Positions 18,503 to 28,083 of a stretch of 64,000 nucleotides of DNA are shown here, piece after piece; the first letter of the stretch is position 1; each line of letters opens with the position of its first letter. The position numbers were made by a program, and so were the translations under genes. Under the pieces are notes generated by a model, which worked only from the letters and a program-made list of their open reading frames with translations, was not told the DNA's origin and ran no database searches. This stretch comes from Candidatus Spongiisociaceae bacterium (lineage in GTDB: Bacteria; Actinomycetota; Acidimicrobiia; Spongiisociales; Spongiisociaceae): the NCBI GenBank assembly GCA_965262915.1, contig OZ253564.1, positions 2,368,001 to 2,432,000 on the forward strand, given 5' to 3'.

Positions 18503-19506
18503 TCAGGGACTCCCTTCTCCGCCCGGTAGCACGATACCAAGTGGCCGGGTCGTACCTCCTCGAGCGGAGGGTGGCCGCTGGAGCGGCAGATGTCGGCGGC
18601 GATCGGGCAGCGTTCGATGAACCTGCAGACCGGGGGTGGGTTGATCGCCTTGGAGATCCCCCCCACGATCTCCGCCTGTGGTCGGCGGTGGGTGGGATCG
18701 GGAACCGGAACCGACGCCAGCAGCGCCTTCGTGTAAGGGTGTTGGGGGTTGCCCAGCAGTTCCTCCGTGTCGCCCACCTCCACGATCTTGCCCAGGTACA
18801 TGACCGCGATCCGGTCGCACATGTAGCGGGCCACCGCCAGATCGTGGGTTATGTACAGGTAGGAGACGTTGAACTCCTCCGCCAGGTGCAGCATGAGGTC
18901 CATGATCGAGATACGGATCGACACGTCCAGCATGGAGGTCGGTTCGTCGGCCACCACGAAGGACGGCTCGAGGACCAGAGCCCGGGCGATGGCGACACGT
19001 TGCCGCTGCCCCCCCGAGAGTTCGTGGGGAAAGCGGAACAGGAACGTCGGGGCGGGGGTCAGCCCCACGTGTTCCAGTAGCCGCGCCACCAGCTCCTCAC
19101 GGTCCTTGACGGCGCCGATCCTCTGGACTGTGAGGGGTTCCGCCACCGTGTCGTACACCGTGCGCCGGGGGTTGAGAGACTCGAAGGGGTCCTGGAAGAT
19201 CATCTGCACCCGCCGGCGGAAGTGCCGCAGGTTCTCCTTGCCGGAGATCGAGGCCACATCGACCATCTCGCCGTCCTGCTCCAGCAGGATCCTGCCCGAG
19301 GTGGCATCCAGGAGCTTCACCATCAGCTTGCCGGTCGTGCTCTTGCCGCAGCCGGACTCCCCCACGAGGCCGAGACTCTCGCCGGGGGCGATCTCGAAGC
19401 TGATCCCGTCCACCGCGTGGACGAACTCGGTGGCCTTGCGCAGGGCGCTGCGGGCGATGGGGAACCGCTTGGTCAGATCCTCTACCCTCACCAGCGGCCG
19501 CGTCAT
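18499..19506 (-). CDS. oppF: Oligopeptide ABC transporter ATP-binding protein (OppF-like)
   Basis: GESGCGKST, LSGGQRQR, VADEPTSMLD, HPYT, C-terminal Cys cluster. Confidence 0.9.
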   Translation of the reverse strand: MTRPLVRVEDLTKRFPIARSALRKATEFVHAVDGISFEIAPGESLGLVGESGCGKSTTGKLMVKLLDATSGRILLEQDGEMVDVASISGKENLRHFRRRVQMIFQDPFESLNPRRTVYDTVAEPLTVQRIGAVKDREELVARLLEHVGLTPAPTFLFRFPHELSGGQRQRVAIARALVLEPSFVVADEPTSMLDVSIRISIMDLMLHLAEEFNVSYLYITHDLAVARYMCDRIAVMYLGKIVEVGDTEELLGNPQHPYTKALLASVPVPDPTHRRPQAEIVGGISKAINPPPVCRFIERCPIAADICRSSGHPPLEEVRPGHLVSCYRAEKGVPD

Positions 19507-20933
19507 GATCGCACGCCCTTGCTCAGCGTGACCGGAACGCTGGTCCAGTTCCAGCAGGCCACCTTGTAGCCGGTTTCCGCCTCTACGACCTCCAGAGTGG
19601 GCTCCTCCTCGCTGCACCGCGCCGTGGCGTACGGGCAGCGAGGATGGAACCGGCACCCGCCGGGCGGATCCAGGAGGTCGGGCGGTTCCCCCTCGAGAGG
19701 CGCCAAGGCGCGCCGGGGTCCGGTTATGGACGGGGTGGAGCGAAGGAGCAGATAGGTGTAGGGATGCCGCGGGTGGGCGAAGACCTTCTCTGTCGTACCG
19801 AACTCCACCAGCCGTCCGGCATACATCACCCCCATCACCTCGGTCACCTCGGCGATGACCGCGATGTCGTGGGAGATGTAGATGATGCTCATCCCCAGAG
19901 CGCTCTGGACCTTCTTCAGTTCCTTGAGGATCTGATCCTGCACGATCACGTCGAGGGCCGTGGTCGGCTCGTCGGCGATAATGATCTGAGGGTTGCACGA
20001 GAGCGCCATCGCGATGACGGCCCTCTGCCGCATCCCGCCCGAGAACTCGTGGGGGTACCGGTTCGCCATGGCCGGGCTGAGCCCGACCATCTCGAACAGC
20101 TCTCCCACCCGGGTGCGGATCTGGGCCTCGGTGAGGCTTCCCTCGAAGTGGGTGACCATCGCCTCCCGGATCTGCTCGTAGACGGAGTAGACCGGGTTCC
20201 AGGCGTTCATGGCTCCCTGGAACACCATGGCTATGTCCGACCAGCGGTGGGTCCGCATCTCGTCCTCGGTCACCCCGAGCAGGTCCAGCCCGTTGAGGCG
20301 TATCTGCCCGCCCCGGAACTCCCCGTTCTCCGCCACGAGACGCAGCAGCGACATGGCCACCGAGGTCTTGCCGCAGCCGGACTCCCCCACCAGTCCCAGC
20401 GCCTGTCCCTTGTGCAGATCGAAGCTCACGCCGTCCACTGCCGACACCCAGCCGTGGGCGGTCCTGTAGTGCATGCTGAGGTCGTCCACCTCCAGCAGGG
20501 CCGCAGCGCCGGAGCCGCCGGCGCCGGAATCCGGCGCTTTCCACCGGGAGTCCAGGCGGTACCCGATCCGGCCTGCCACGTGTCCGCCCAAGCCACCACC
20601 GAAACCGAAACCCAGAGCCCGCACGATGACCGTGCCGATGGCCAGATCGCCCGCCACCGCGCCCCAGATCACCTCCAGGGCGAACATGCCCAGGGCGGCC
20701 AGGATCCCGTGCGTCGCCCGGCGATGGCCGGCCGCCAGGCCGGAGGTCAGCGCGCCCAGGAATCCGGGCACCAGCAACGCCACGACGATGACCAGGTAGC
20801 CCGGCCGGTACTCACCCTCGGGAGGGGTTATCCAGCCTCCCAGCCACCAGTTGAGCACCGCCACGACAGCCGTGCCGAGCGCGATCTTGAGCGGGTTCAG
20901 CCGCGGCGGCTGCGGCGTCCCGGACCGGGTCAT
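19503..20933 (-). CDS. oppD: Oligopeptide ABC ATP-binding protein (OppD-like) with extra N-terminal membrane domain
   Basis: About 130-aa hydrophobic N-terminus, then GESGCGKTS, FSGGMRQR, ADEPTTALD, GCRFHPRC. Confidence 0.85.
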   Translation of the reverse strand: MTRSGTPQPPRLNPLKIALGTAVVAVLNWWLGGWITPPEGEYRPGYLVIVVALLVPGFLGALTSGLAAGHRRATHGILAALGMFALEVIWGAVAGDLAIGTVIVRALGFGFGGGLGGHVAGRIGYRLDSRWKAPDSGAGGSGAAALLEVDDLSMHYRTAHGWVSAVDGVSFDLHKGQALGLVGESGCGKTSVAMSLLRLVAENGEFRGGQIRLNGLDLLGVTEDEMRTHRWSDIAMVFQGAMNAWNPVYSVYEQIREAMVTHFEGSLTEAQIRTRVGELFEMVGLSPAMANRYPHEFSGGMRQRAVIAMALSCNPQIIIADEPTTALDVIVQDQILKELKKVQSALGMSIIYISHDIAVIAEVTEVMGVMYAGRLVEFGTTEKVFAHPRHPYTYLLLRSTPSITGPRRALAPLEGEPPDLLDPPGGCRFHPRCPYATARCSEEEPTLEVVEAETGYKVACWNWTSVPVTLSKGVRS

Positions 20934-20967
20934 CGTCTCCTCCCTCCGGGCGCGGCCGGGCGTGCCA

Positions 20968-22227
20968 TCATCGCTTCCTCAGCCGGGGGTTGATCACCTC
21001 GTCCATCGCCCGGCCGACGAGGAAGAAGGCCGCGGCCAGGAGCGACACGCAGAGGCCGGCCGGGAAGACCAGCCACCAGAAACGCATGCCGGTGAGGAAG
21101 TATCCCTGGTTCCTGGCCAGCTCGATCATCAGTCCCCAGCTCATATCGATGTTCAGCAGACCGAGGAACGAGAGGATCGCTTCGGTCTGGATAGCCGCGG
21201 TGACGGTGAACATCATGTAGAGAAGGCTGAGCGGCATGACGTTGGGCACCACGTGGACGACGATGACCCGGATCGTGGACCCTCCCGCCACGCGGGCCGC
21301 CTCGATGAACGGTTTGACCTTCACCGCAAGAGCCTGGGACTTGAGGACGATGGCCACCCCGCCGAACCCCGACAATACGCCTATCAGAACGGCCAGGTGC
21401 CACAGCTCGAACCTGAACACCGAGCTCATCACGATGAATATGGCGAGGGCGGGGAGCATCAGGAGGAGGTCGGCCAACCTCATGAAGAACGAGTCGATCC
21501 AACCTCCGAGATAGGCGGCGACCGCACCGACCGATGTGGCGAAGAACACGGTAACCAGGGCCGCCACCATGCCGAGGAGAAACGCCCCCTGGGCCCCCTT
21601 CATCAACTGGGAGAGGATGTCCCGTCCCAGCGGGTCCGTACCGAGCAAATGCCGTCCGTACGGCGCGGTGGGTTGCTCCCGCACCTCGACCACGTCTCCG
21701 GGCAGCAGGGGTGACCCGTCCGGGTTGGAGTAGAGGATCGCCTCACGCATCGACATCTCGATGGCCGGATCGGTCACCTCGTTGACGACCGTCTTGACGT
21801 AGGTCGGTGGGTTCGCCTCGTTGCCTACCACCGGATGGTAGGTGCCGGAGTCCCATACCCCTCCGAGGCCCACCCCCACGGCCGTTACCAGTACCGCGGT
21901 CAGACCTACGGTGAGCGGGAGCGTGACCCGCCGCTCATGGCGGAGACGCCCCAGCAGCGGGAACGTCGACCAGGCCACGCCCGGCCAGCACACCAGGAAC
22001 AGGGCAGCCGCCGAGTACCAGCGGAGACCGGACATCAGTACAGGATGGATGAGTGCCAACAGTCCGAAGAACAGGATGATCAACAGCCCCACTATCCCGA
22101 TGCGGTTGGCCCTGAACAGGTTCCAGCTGTTGGTAAGGCCCGCCCAGGCCAGGCTGGTGCGGATCTTCCACCGCGAACCGGCTCGAACGAGATCCCGGGA
22201 GACGGGGGCATCGAGCAGATCGGTCAT
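20968..22227 (-). CDS. oppC: Oligopeptide ABC permease (OppC-like)
   Basis: LLGTDPLGRDILSQ, FIEAARVAGGS EAA loop, HVVPN, SFLGL. Confidence 0.88.
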   Translation of the reverse strand: MTDLLDAPVSRDLVRAGSRWKIRTSLAWAGLTNSWNLFRANRIGIVGLLIILFFGLLALIHPVLMSGLRWYSAAALFLVCWPGVAWSTFPLLGRLRHERRVTLPLTVGLTAVLVTAVGVGLGGVWDSGTYHPVVGNEANPPTYVKTVVNEVTDPAIEMSMREAILYSNPDGSPLLPGDVVEVREQPTAPYGRHLLGTDPLGRDILSQLMKGAQGAFLLGMVAALVTVFFATSVGAVAAYLGGWIDSFFMRLADLLLMLPALAIFIVMSSVFRFELWHLAVLIGVLSGFGGVAIVLKSQALAVKVKPFIEAARVAGGSTIRVIVVHVVPNVMPLSLLYMMFTVTAAIQTEAILSFLGLLNIDMSWGLMIELARNQGYFLTGMRFWWLVFPAGLCVSLLAAAFFLVGRAMDEVINPRLRKR

Positions 22228-22246
22228 CGCAAGGGACTCCGCACAG

Positions 22247-23422
22247 CTACTCGCCCGCGACCCGGATGCGGGGATCGAGGAACATGTAGAGGATGTCGAC
22301 CACCAGGTGTCCGACCATGGCCATGACCCCGACGAACGAGAACGCCGCTATCGCCAGGTTCAGGTCCTGTTGGACCACCGACGTGAACAACAACTCACCC
22401 ATACCGGGCCAGGAGTACACCGTCTCGGTGATGATCCCTCCGTCGATGACCGTCGCCACCGCGATGACCAGGCTGGTGGTGACTGGCAGCAGGGCGGTGC
22501 GGGCGGCGTGGCGGTCCCGCACTGTCTTCTCCGCCAGGCCCTTGGCCCGGGCTGTCAGGATGAAATCCTCGCGCATGGTCTCCAGCATGGAACTCCGGGT
22601 CAGGAGCATGATGCCGGCGAAGCTGATCAACGTGATGGTGATGACGGGCAGGACCATGTGATGGGCGATGTCCCCGGCATAGAGGCGACGGGCCGATCCG
22701 AAGTCGCTCCAGTACCAGAACCAGAGTATGACCAGCGCCAAGACGGTGTTCCCCCCCCACACGACCCGCTTTCGTAACACCGGGTCCCGGATCCGGCGGG
22801 AGAGGATCCACAGGGCCAGCGTCAGGATCCCGCCGACCAGCATCACTCCGAATATCACCATGAACACATGGTTGGAACTGAACGGGGCGTCCACCCACTC
22901 CTGGGGGTCGAGGAACTTGTTGATCGGCACCACGTCGGCGTAGAAGGCGAAGAACCAGATCAGCATCAGTGCGAACCACGGATAGAAGACCGTGTACAGG
23001 AACACGCCGCCGATCGTTATCGCATGCTCGCCCCGTCGGCCACGGCGCCACGCGATGAACTTGCCCGCCACGAATCCCAGCACGTAGTAGCTCACCACGA
23101 CCGTCAGGAACAGCACCATGGTTCTCGGCAGCCGTTCCAGGATGATGTCCGACACCGGCCTCGGGTACTGGATGAAGGAGAAGCCGAAGTCGCCCCGGAA
23201 GAAGTTCCACATGTAGCTGCTGTACTGCTCCCACAGGGGCTTGTCGAGGCCCAGCCGCTCGATGGCCAGCTGAGCCGCCTCCGGGGGAACGTTGGGGTTG
23301 GTTGCGAAGCGCTGCTTGACCGCATCTCCGGGCAGGGCCGTGAGCAGCAGGAACGTAAGGGTCAGGAAGACGATGAACAGCAGGAACATCTGAGCGGTCC
23401 GCCGCCCTATGTAGCGCATCAT
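22247..23422 (-). CDS. oppB: Oligopeptide ABC permease (OppB-like)
   Basis: LGLDKPLWEQY, RSSMLE..EDFILTARAKGL, ITETVYSWPGMG, LDPRIR. Confidence 0.9.
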   Translation of the reverse strand: MMRYIGRRTAQMFLLFIVFLTLTFLLLTALPGDAVKQRFATNPNVPPEAAQLAIERLGLDKPLWEQYSSYMWNFFRGDFGFSFIQYPRPVSDIILERLPRTMVLFLTVVVSYYVLGFVAGKFIAWRRGRRGEHAITIGGVFLYTVFYPWFALMLIWFFAFYADVVPINKFLDPQEWVDAPFSSNHVFMVIFGVMLVGGILTLALWILSRRIRDPVLRKRVVWGGNTVLALVILWFWYWSDFGSARRLYAGDIAHHMVLPVITITLISFAGIMLLTRSSMLETMREDFILTARAKGLAEKTVRDRHAARTALLPVTTSLVIAVATVIDGGIITETVYSWPGMGELLFTSVVQQDLNLAIAAFSFVGVMAMVGHLVVDILYMFLDPRIRVAGE

Positions 23423-23477
23423 CTCATGGTCACCTCCGCTATGCCGGTCTTACCCGGTCCGGATGTCGTGGCGGAGT

Positions 23478-23516
23478 GGAGGCGGTGGGAGGAAAGGCCC
23501 TCCTCCCACCGCCTCC
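23478..23516 (-). terminator. Intercistronic stem-loop after the substrate-binding gene (terminator or mRNA stabiliser)
   Basis: Perfect 16-bp stem ggaggcggtgggagga / tcctcccaccgcctcc with 7-nt loop; no U tract. Confidence 0.7.
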
Positions 23517-23529
23517 GTGCCGCCGATGG

Positions 23530-25746
23530 TTACTGGGCCAGGTTCACCGATCCGGGCAGCGCCAGGAAGTTCTGCAGGCCGTCGAGGGTGACCGTGCTCG
23601 GGAAATCGAGCGTGTTCCGGTAGGTCTCCAGGACCGGCGTGGTGAACAGGACCACGTACGGCACTTCCATGGCGATGATCGCATCCATCTCCCGCACGAT
23701 CGCCGCCGCATTGTTGAGGTCCGTTTCCGCCTTCAGAGAGTCCGCCATCTCGTCGAACGCCGGGTTTGCGTAACCCGGAATGTTGAACCCGCCCGCGGTG
23801 GCGGAGTCGGCCCGTGAGTCGAAGAAGTCCGCCACATGGTCCGGGAAGATGGTGAGTCCCCATCCGAGGATGTACATGTCCCAGTCGACCGGCCCGAACA
23901 CCTTGTCGACGATCACCGAGAACCCGGTCGGCTCCGCCCGCAGCGGGACTCCGAGGTCGTTGGCCCAGTCGGCGATGAACAGGCTGTAGGTGGCCCGGAG
24001 CGGGTCGTAGCCGGGCCCGGGCGCCAGCAACTCGAGCTCTCCGACCGGGGTGCCGTCCGGACCCGCCAAGCCCTCGCCCTTGGGAATCACGTCCCGGTTG
24101 TCGGCGTTCCACTGGGGCTCGACGGTCCAGGTCCATCCGGCGTCCTTGAGGATGCCGACGGCCGAGTTGACCCGCTCCTCCTGGCTCTGGCCGGCGCACC
24201 AGGCGTCCAGGTCCGGGTTGGCCCAGAAGGCGTTACCGGGAGGCACCAATGAGTTCAGGGGGATGGCCACGCCCTGGAGGACGTTGGTGGCCATGAACTC
24301 CTTGTCGATCATGCATGCCATGGCCTGGCGGAAGGCCACATCCGAACCGGGGAACCGCCGCGTGTTGAACGCGAGATAGCGGAAGCCGTTCGACGAGTTG
24401 GCGATCACATCGAGGTCGCCCGCTTCCAGCACCGTGGACTGGAGACCGCGCTGGAGACCCAGCGGGTTGAGCAGGAAGTCCACCTCCCCGTCGGCCAGGG
24501 CCAGTACCGCCGCGTCCTGGGTGTCGTAGACCGAGTAGATGGCGTCGCCCGCATAGGGCCCGTCGGTCCATTCGGCGATCACATCGCCGGAGGTGTTGCC
24601 CACCTCCCAACTCACGTCTCCCGAAAACGTCACACCGCCGGTCGAATAGCTGGCGTTGCGAGCACCCTGGTCGTTGGCGTTGGGGTTCGCCAAGTTGCGG
24701 GCGAAGGCGCCGGGCTCACGCTGGTCGAACACCATGCTGCCGCCCGAGGGCGCCCCCTCCCCGGACACGGCGTACAGTTCGCCGGCGTCGCCCGCCGCGG
24801 CCACGTGCGGTCCCCAGAAGGCTTCCGAGAAGACCGCCGCCTGGGCGGCCCCGAATTGCCATTGGGCAAGGCCGGGCTGCGAACTCCAGGTATACCGGAC
24901 CGTAGAGTCGTCGATCGCCTCGACTGAGATCAGTCCTTCGGCGCTCTCGTCCTCCTCGGTGGCCGGGTCGTCCGCTTTGGCCAGCGGAAGGGCGGAGAAC
25001 CAGTTCCCGCCCATCCCCAGGTCCTTGACCGCGTTGAAGGTGAAGGCCACGTCGTTGGCGGTGATCGGCGAGCCGTCACTCCACACCAGCCCCTGCCTCA
25101 GGTTCACTTCGATGACCCAGTTGTCGCCCGACGCGGCGCCCAGCGGGGGCTCTACGTCCGCTGCCAGGCCCGGAACCACCGTGTAGCTCGGGAACGCCGA
25201 CCCGTACAGGCTTGGTATGGCCGGCGACAGCAAATACTGGTTCCACACGTCCGCCTCGGTGTCGAGGTACGCCCAAGGATTGTCGGTGGTCGGATCGCTG
25301 AAGATGGCCAGCTTGTAGGTGAAACTCGGAGCGGCTTCCGGCATCGCCTCTACTGCCGTCGTGCTGGTCGCCGCGGCTTCCTCCGCCTCGGCTGCCTTCA
25401 TGGCGTCCGCGGCAGCTTTCTCGGCATCCTCTAGAGCTGCCTCGGCTGCGGCGAGCGCTGCGGCGAGCTCGGCCTGGGCGGCCTCGTCGCCCTCCATGGC
25501 CTCGGCCGCAGCCGCCTTGGCGGCTTCCAAATCGGCTTGCGCCTGGGTCAGCGCGGCCTCGGCTGCGTCTGCCTCCGCCTGCGCCGCGTCTGCCTGAGCC
25601 TGTGCTGCGGTGGCTGCTTCCGCCTGGGCCTGCGCGGCCGCTGGTTCATCCGGTTCTTCCTCTGCCCCGCAGGCGGCGGTAAGCATGGCCAAAACGGTCA
25701 AAGCCGCGAGCCACCGCAGCGGCCTATGTTTCGATGACACCTTCAT
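23530..25746 (-). CDS. oppA: ABC substrate-binding lipoprotein, family 5 (OppA-like), with long Ala/Glu-rich N-terminal stalk
   Basis: Lipobox LTAAC, WSDGSPITANDVAFT, LAFN.RRFPGSD.AFRQA. Confidence 0.88.
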   Translation of the reverse strand: MKVSSKHRPLRWLAALTVLAMLTAACGAEEEPDEPAAAQAQAEAATAAQAQADAAQAEADAAEAALTQAQADLEAAKAAAAEAMEGDEAAQAELAAALAAAEAALEDAEKAAADAMKAAEAEEAAATSTTAVEAMPEAAPSFTYKLAIFSDPTTDNPWAYLDTEADVWNQYLLSPAIPSLYGSAFPSYTVVPGLAADVEPPLGAASGDNWVIEVNLRQGLVWSDGSPITANDVAFTFNAVKDLGMGGNWFSALPLAKADDPATEEDESAEGLISVEAIDDSTVRYTWSSQPGLAQWQFGAAQAAVFSEAFWGPHVAAAGDAGELYAVSGEGAPSGGSMVFDQREPGAFARNLANPNANDQGARNASYSTGGVTFSGDVSWEVGNTSGDVIAEWTDGPYAGDAIYSVYDTQDAAVLALADGEVDFLLNPLGLQRGLQSTVLEAGDLDVIANSSNGFRYLAFNTRRFPGSDVAFRQAMACMIDKEFMATNVLQGVAIPLNSLVPPGNAFWANPDLDAWCAGQSQEERVNSAVGILKDAGWTWTVEPQWNADNRDVIPKGEGLAGPDGTPVGELELLAPGPGYDPLRATYSLFIADWANDLGVPLRAEPTGFSVIVDKVFGPVDWDMYILGWGLTIFPDHVADFFDSRADSATAGGFNIPGYANPAFDEMADSLKAETDLNNAAAIVREMDAIIAMEVPYVVLFTTPVLETYRNTLDFPSTVTLDGLQNFLALPGSVNLAQ

Positions 25747-26465
25747 GGGATTTCCTCCGTAATAGGTTCGATCACGCTTAGTCCGCGATCCCTTGAGTCT
25801 ATTGGTTCGCCGTATTGTTAGTAACGACGTATCAGGGAAAATTTGGTCCGCACAAACAAGAGGAATAACAAGAGATGGCAGTCGCAGTTAGACGCAACTG
25901 CTGCCCGGTCGACACGCGGCGTATAGTCGCGGCTCGATTTCCCGGAGTGATTCTCCGATTGGTAGTGTTTGGAAGGCGCTAGTAACTTGACGGCCGGTTG
26001 TCTTATGAACCGGATGAACTGGTTAGGTGCCGGCTGTCGGCACCGCCGGTCGTCGCTAGTATCGGGGTCTGGCCTGCACGGTTTAGGAACGGATCGACAG
26101 CGGTTTCGATGCGTCGGTAACAGGCACGCCAACAAGCGTGGGTTATCACGAAATAGCAAGGGCAAGCGAGGAAGGTTGTCGACAGTGTTCGGCCGGTCCG
26201 GTCGTATCGCCGGCCGTCCGGATCGCGATGGCTGCGAGCCACCGTTGCAACCGTGGAAGGGCGGCATCGCCTCCCTTCGAGCCGAGCCGGTTCATCCGGT
26301 CCTCCATTCGGTCGGTTCCGGTCCTCTCGAGCAGCGACCGGCATCTGCGCGACCACGGCTGCGGCCGGCAACCAGCACCTCCATGAGGCCGGTTGCAGGA
26401 CGCCATTACGATGGCGGCGCCACGCCGATGCATCTGTCATCCGGTATCCTTCCGGAACCGGCTGG

Positions 26466-26474
26466 TGATAGACT
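26466..26474 (+). promoter_or_regulatory. Putative extended -10 promoter element for tRNA-Pro
   Basis: TGnTAGACT ending 9 nt before the tRNA. Confidence 0.4.
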
Positions 26475-26483
26475 GCTGATCCG

Positions 26484-26557
26484 CGGGCTGTGGCGCAGTT
26501 TGGTAGCGCGCTTGACTGGGGGTCAAGAGGTCGTGGGTTCAAATCCCGCCAGCCCGA
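26484..26557 (+). tRNA. tRNA-Pro(GGG)
   Basis: Acceptor CGGGCTG/CAGCCCG, D arm GCGCAGTTTGGTAGCGC, anticodon stem CTTGA-CTGGGGG-TCAAG, GTTCAAATC T loop; CCA not encoded. Confidence 0.96.
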
Positions 26558-26614
26558 CCGCAGCCGGCAGCTCGACGCACGGTCGTCTCCCTCGACTCCT
26601 CATGGGGGACGCCG

Positions 26615-26758
26615 TCAGGTGATCCACCGAATGAAGGCGGCGATGCCCTGGACGAGGCGCCATCCGAGGTACAGGACCGCCAGCCCGACCATCAACTTGA
26701 AGCTGAAGGGAGTCTTCGGGGGTGGTTCCCGGTCCCCTTGCGAGACCGGGTCGCTCAT
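26615..26758 (-). CDS. Small single-TM protein (47 aa) coupled to der
   Basis: ATGA overlap with the der stop; MSDPVSQGDREPPPKTPFSFKLMVGLAVLYLGWRLVQGIAAFIRWIT; too short for the ORF track. Confidence 0.65.
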   Translation of the reverse strand: MSDPVSQGDREPPPKTPFSFKLMVGLAVLYLGWRLVQGIAAFIRWIT

Positions 26759-28083
26759 CGAGGGCGCGACCGTCCGGACCCCCGGCGCACCACCACGTGG
26801 ATGGGGGTACCGGTGAAGTCATATGCCTCGCGGGCCCTTCGTTCCAGGTAGCGGAGGTAGGTGTCGTCCAGCTTCCCGCCCTTCACGAACAAGGCCAGGG
26901 TGGGAGGGGTGGTCCTGGCCTGGGCCGTGTACAGGATCCTCGGCCGGCGCCCCTTGCGCGTCGGGGGCGGGTGCTCGGCTGTCCACTCCGTCACCAGGCG
27001 GTTCAGCGTTCCCGTGGGAATCCGCCTGGACCGGTTGGCCAACACCAGTTCCAGCGCCGGACCGAGCCGGTGCATGCGAGCCCCGGTCAGGGCGGAGATG
27101 CGCAGGACCGGTGCCCAGCCGGCGAAATGCAGCTTGGTGCCCACTTCCCAGGTGGTCTGTTCCCGGCGTTCCCGGTCGGCTGCATCCCACTTGTTCAGCA
27201 GGAAGATCAGCGAGGTGCCCGAGCGGACCGCTTCTTGGGCGATCCGCTGATCCTGGTGGGTCACCCCGTCCACAGCATCCACCAGTAGCAGGGCCGCGTC
27301 GGCTCGTTTCAGCACCTCGCGGGCCCGGACCACCGCGAAGAACTCCACATCTTCGGAGATCTTGGGCCTCCGTCGGATCCCAGCCGTGTCGATCAGCCGG
27401 TAGGCCGCTCCGTCGAGTTCGACGGTGACATCGATGGGGTCGCGGGTGGTTCCGGGGACCGGAGACACCACGACCCTCTCCTCCCCCACCAGACGGTTGA
27501 GCAAGGTGGACTTCCCGACGTTGGGACGTCCGATTATGGCCACGTCGGCGAAAGATTCCCGGTCGGGCTCCTCGATCGTGACCGGGAGCCGTCCGATGGC
27601 GATGTCCAGCAGGTCCGCCACACCCTGACCATGGATGGCCGATATCGGGATGGGGTCGCCGAGGCCCAACCGACCGAAAGCCGCCGCTTCCCTGGCGATC
27701 GTCTCGTTGTCGGCCTTGTTGGCGGCCACCACCACCTGATCCCCCACCGGGCGGAGCAACTCGGCGACCGCCGCGTCGTCGGTGGAGATGGTTCCTTGGG
27801 CGTCGACCACGAACACGATCAGGTCCGCCGCGGCCATGGCCAGCTCCGCTTGGGCACGGATGTCCTCCACCAACTCGGCGTCCTCGCTCCGCTGCCACCC
27901 TCCGGTATCGATCACGCAGAATGCCCGGCCCGCCCACTCCGCCTCGAACTCGCGGCGGTCTCGGGTCACGCCCGGCTTCTCCTGGACGACTGCCGCCCTC
28001 CAACCGACGATCCGGTTGACCAAGGTCGACTTGCCCACGTTGGGCCGACCTACGACGGCGATGAGGGGTTTGGAAATAAGCAC
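26755..28083 (-). CDS. der: Ribosome biogenesis GTPase Der
   Basis: Two GRPNVGKST P-loops, PGVTRD/PGTTRD, DTGG/DTAG, NKAD/NKWD. Confidence 0.96.
   Translation of the reverse strand: MLISKPLIAVVGRPNVGKSTLVNRIVGWRAAVVQEKPGVTRDRREFEAEWAGRAFCVIDTGGWQRSEDAELVEDIRAQAELAMAAADLIVFVVDAQGTISTDDAAVAELLRPVGDQVVVAANKADNETIAREAAAFGRLGLGDPIPISAIHGQGVADLLDIAIGRLPVTIEEPDRESFADVAIIGRPNVGKSTLLNRLVGEERVVVSPVPGTTRDPIDVTVELDGAAYRLIDTAGIRRRPKISEDVEFFAVVRAREVLKRADAALLLVDAVDGVTHQDQRIAQEAVRSGTSLIFLLNKWDAADRERREQTTWEVGTKLHFAGWAPVLRISALTGARMHRLGPALELVLANRSRRIPTGTLNRLVTEWTAEHPPPTRKGRRPRILYTAQARTTPPTLALFVKGGKLDDTYLRYLERRAREAYDFTGTPIHVVVRRGSGRSRPR

Noticed and set aside
18499-20544. Long N-terminal extensions in ORF-track entries (also 469-2037, 15467-16858, 29612-31858, 49246-50634, 53509-54861)
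   Set aside because: Off-frame read-through over neighbouring genes, common at high GC; true starts sit at stop/start overlaps or RBS sites
26484-26620. Genomic island integrated at tRNA-Pro
   Set aside because: No duplicated tRNA 3' end or integrase nearby; core genes follow directly
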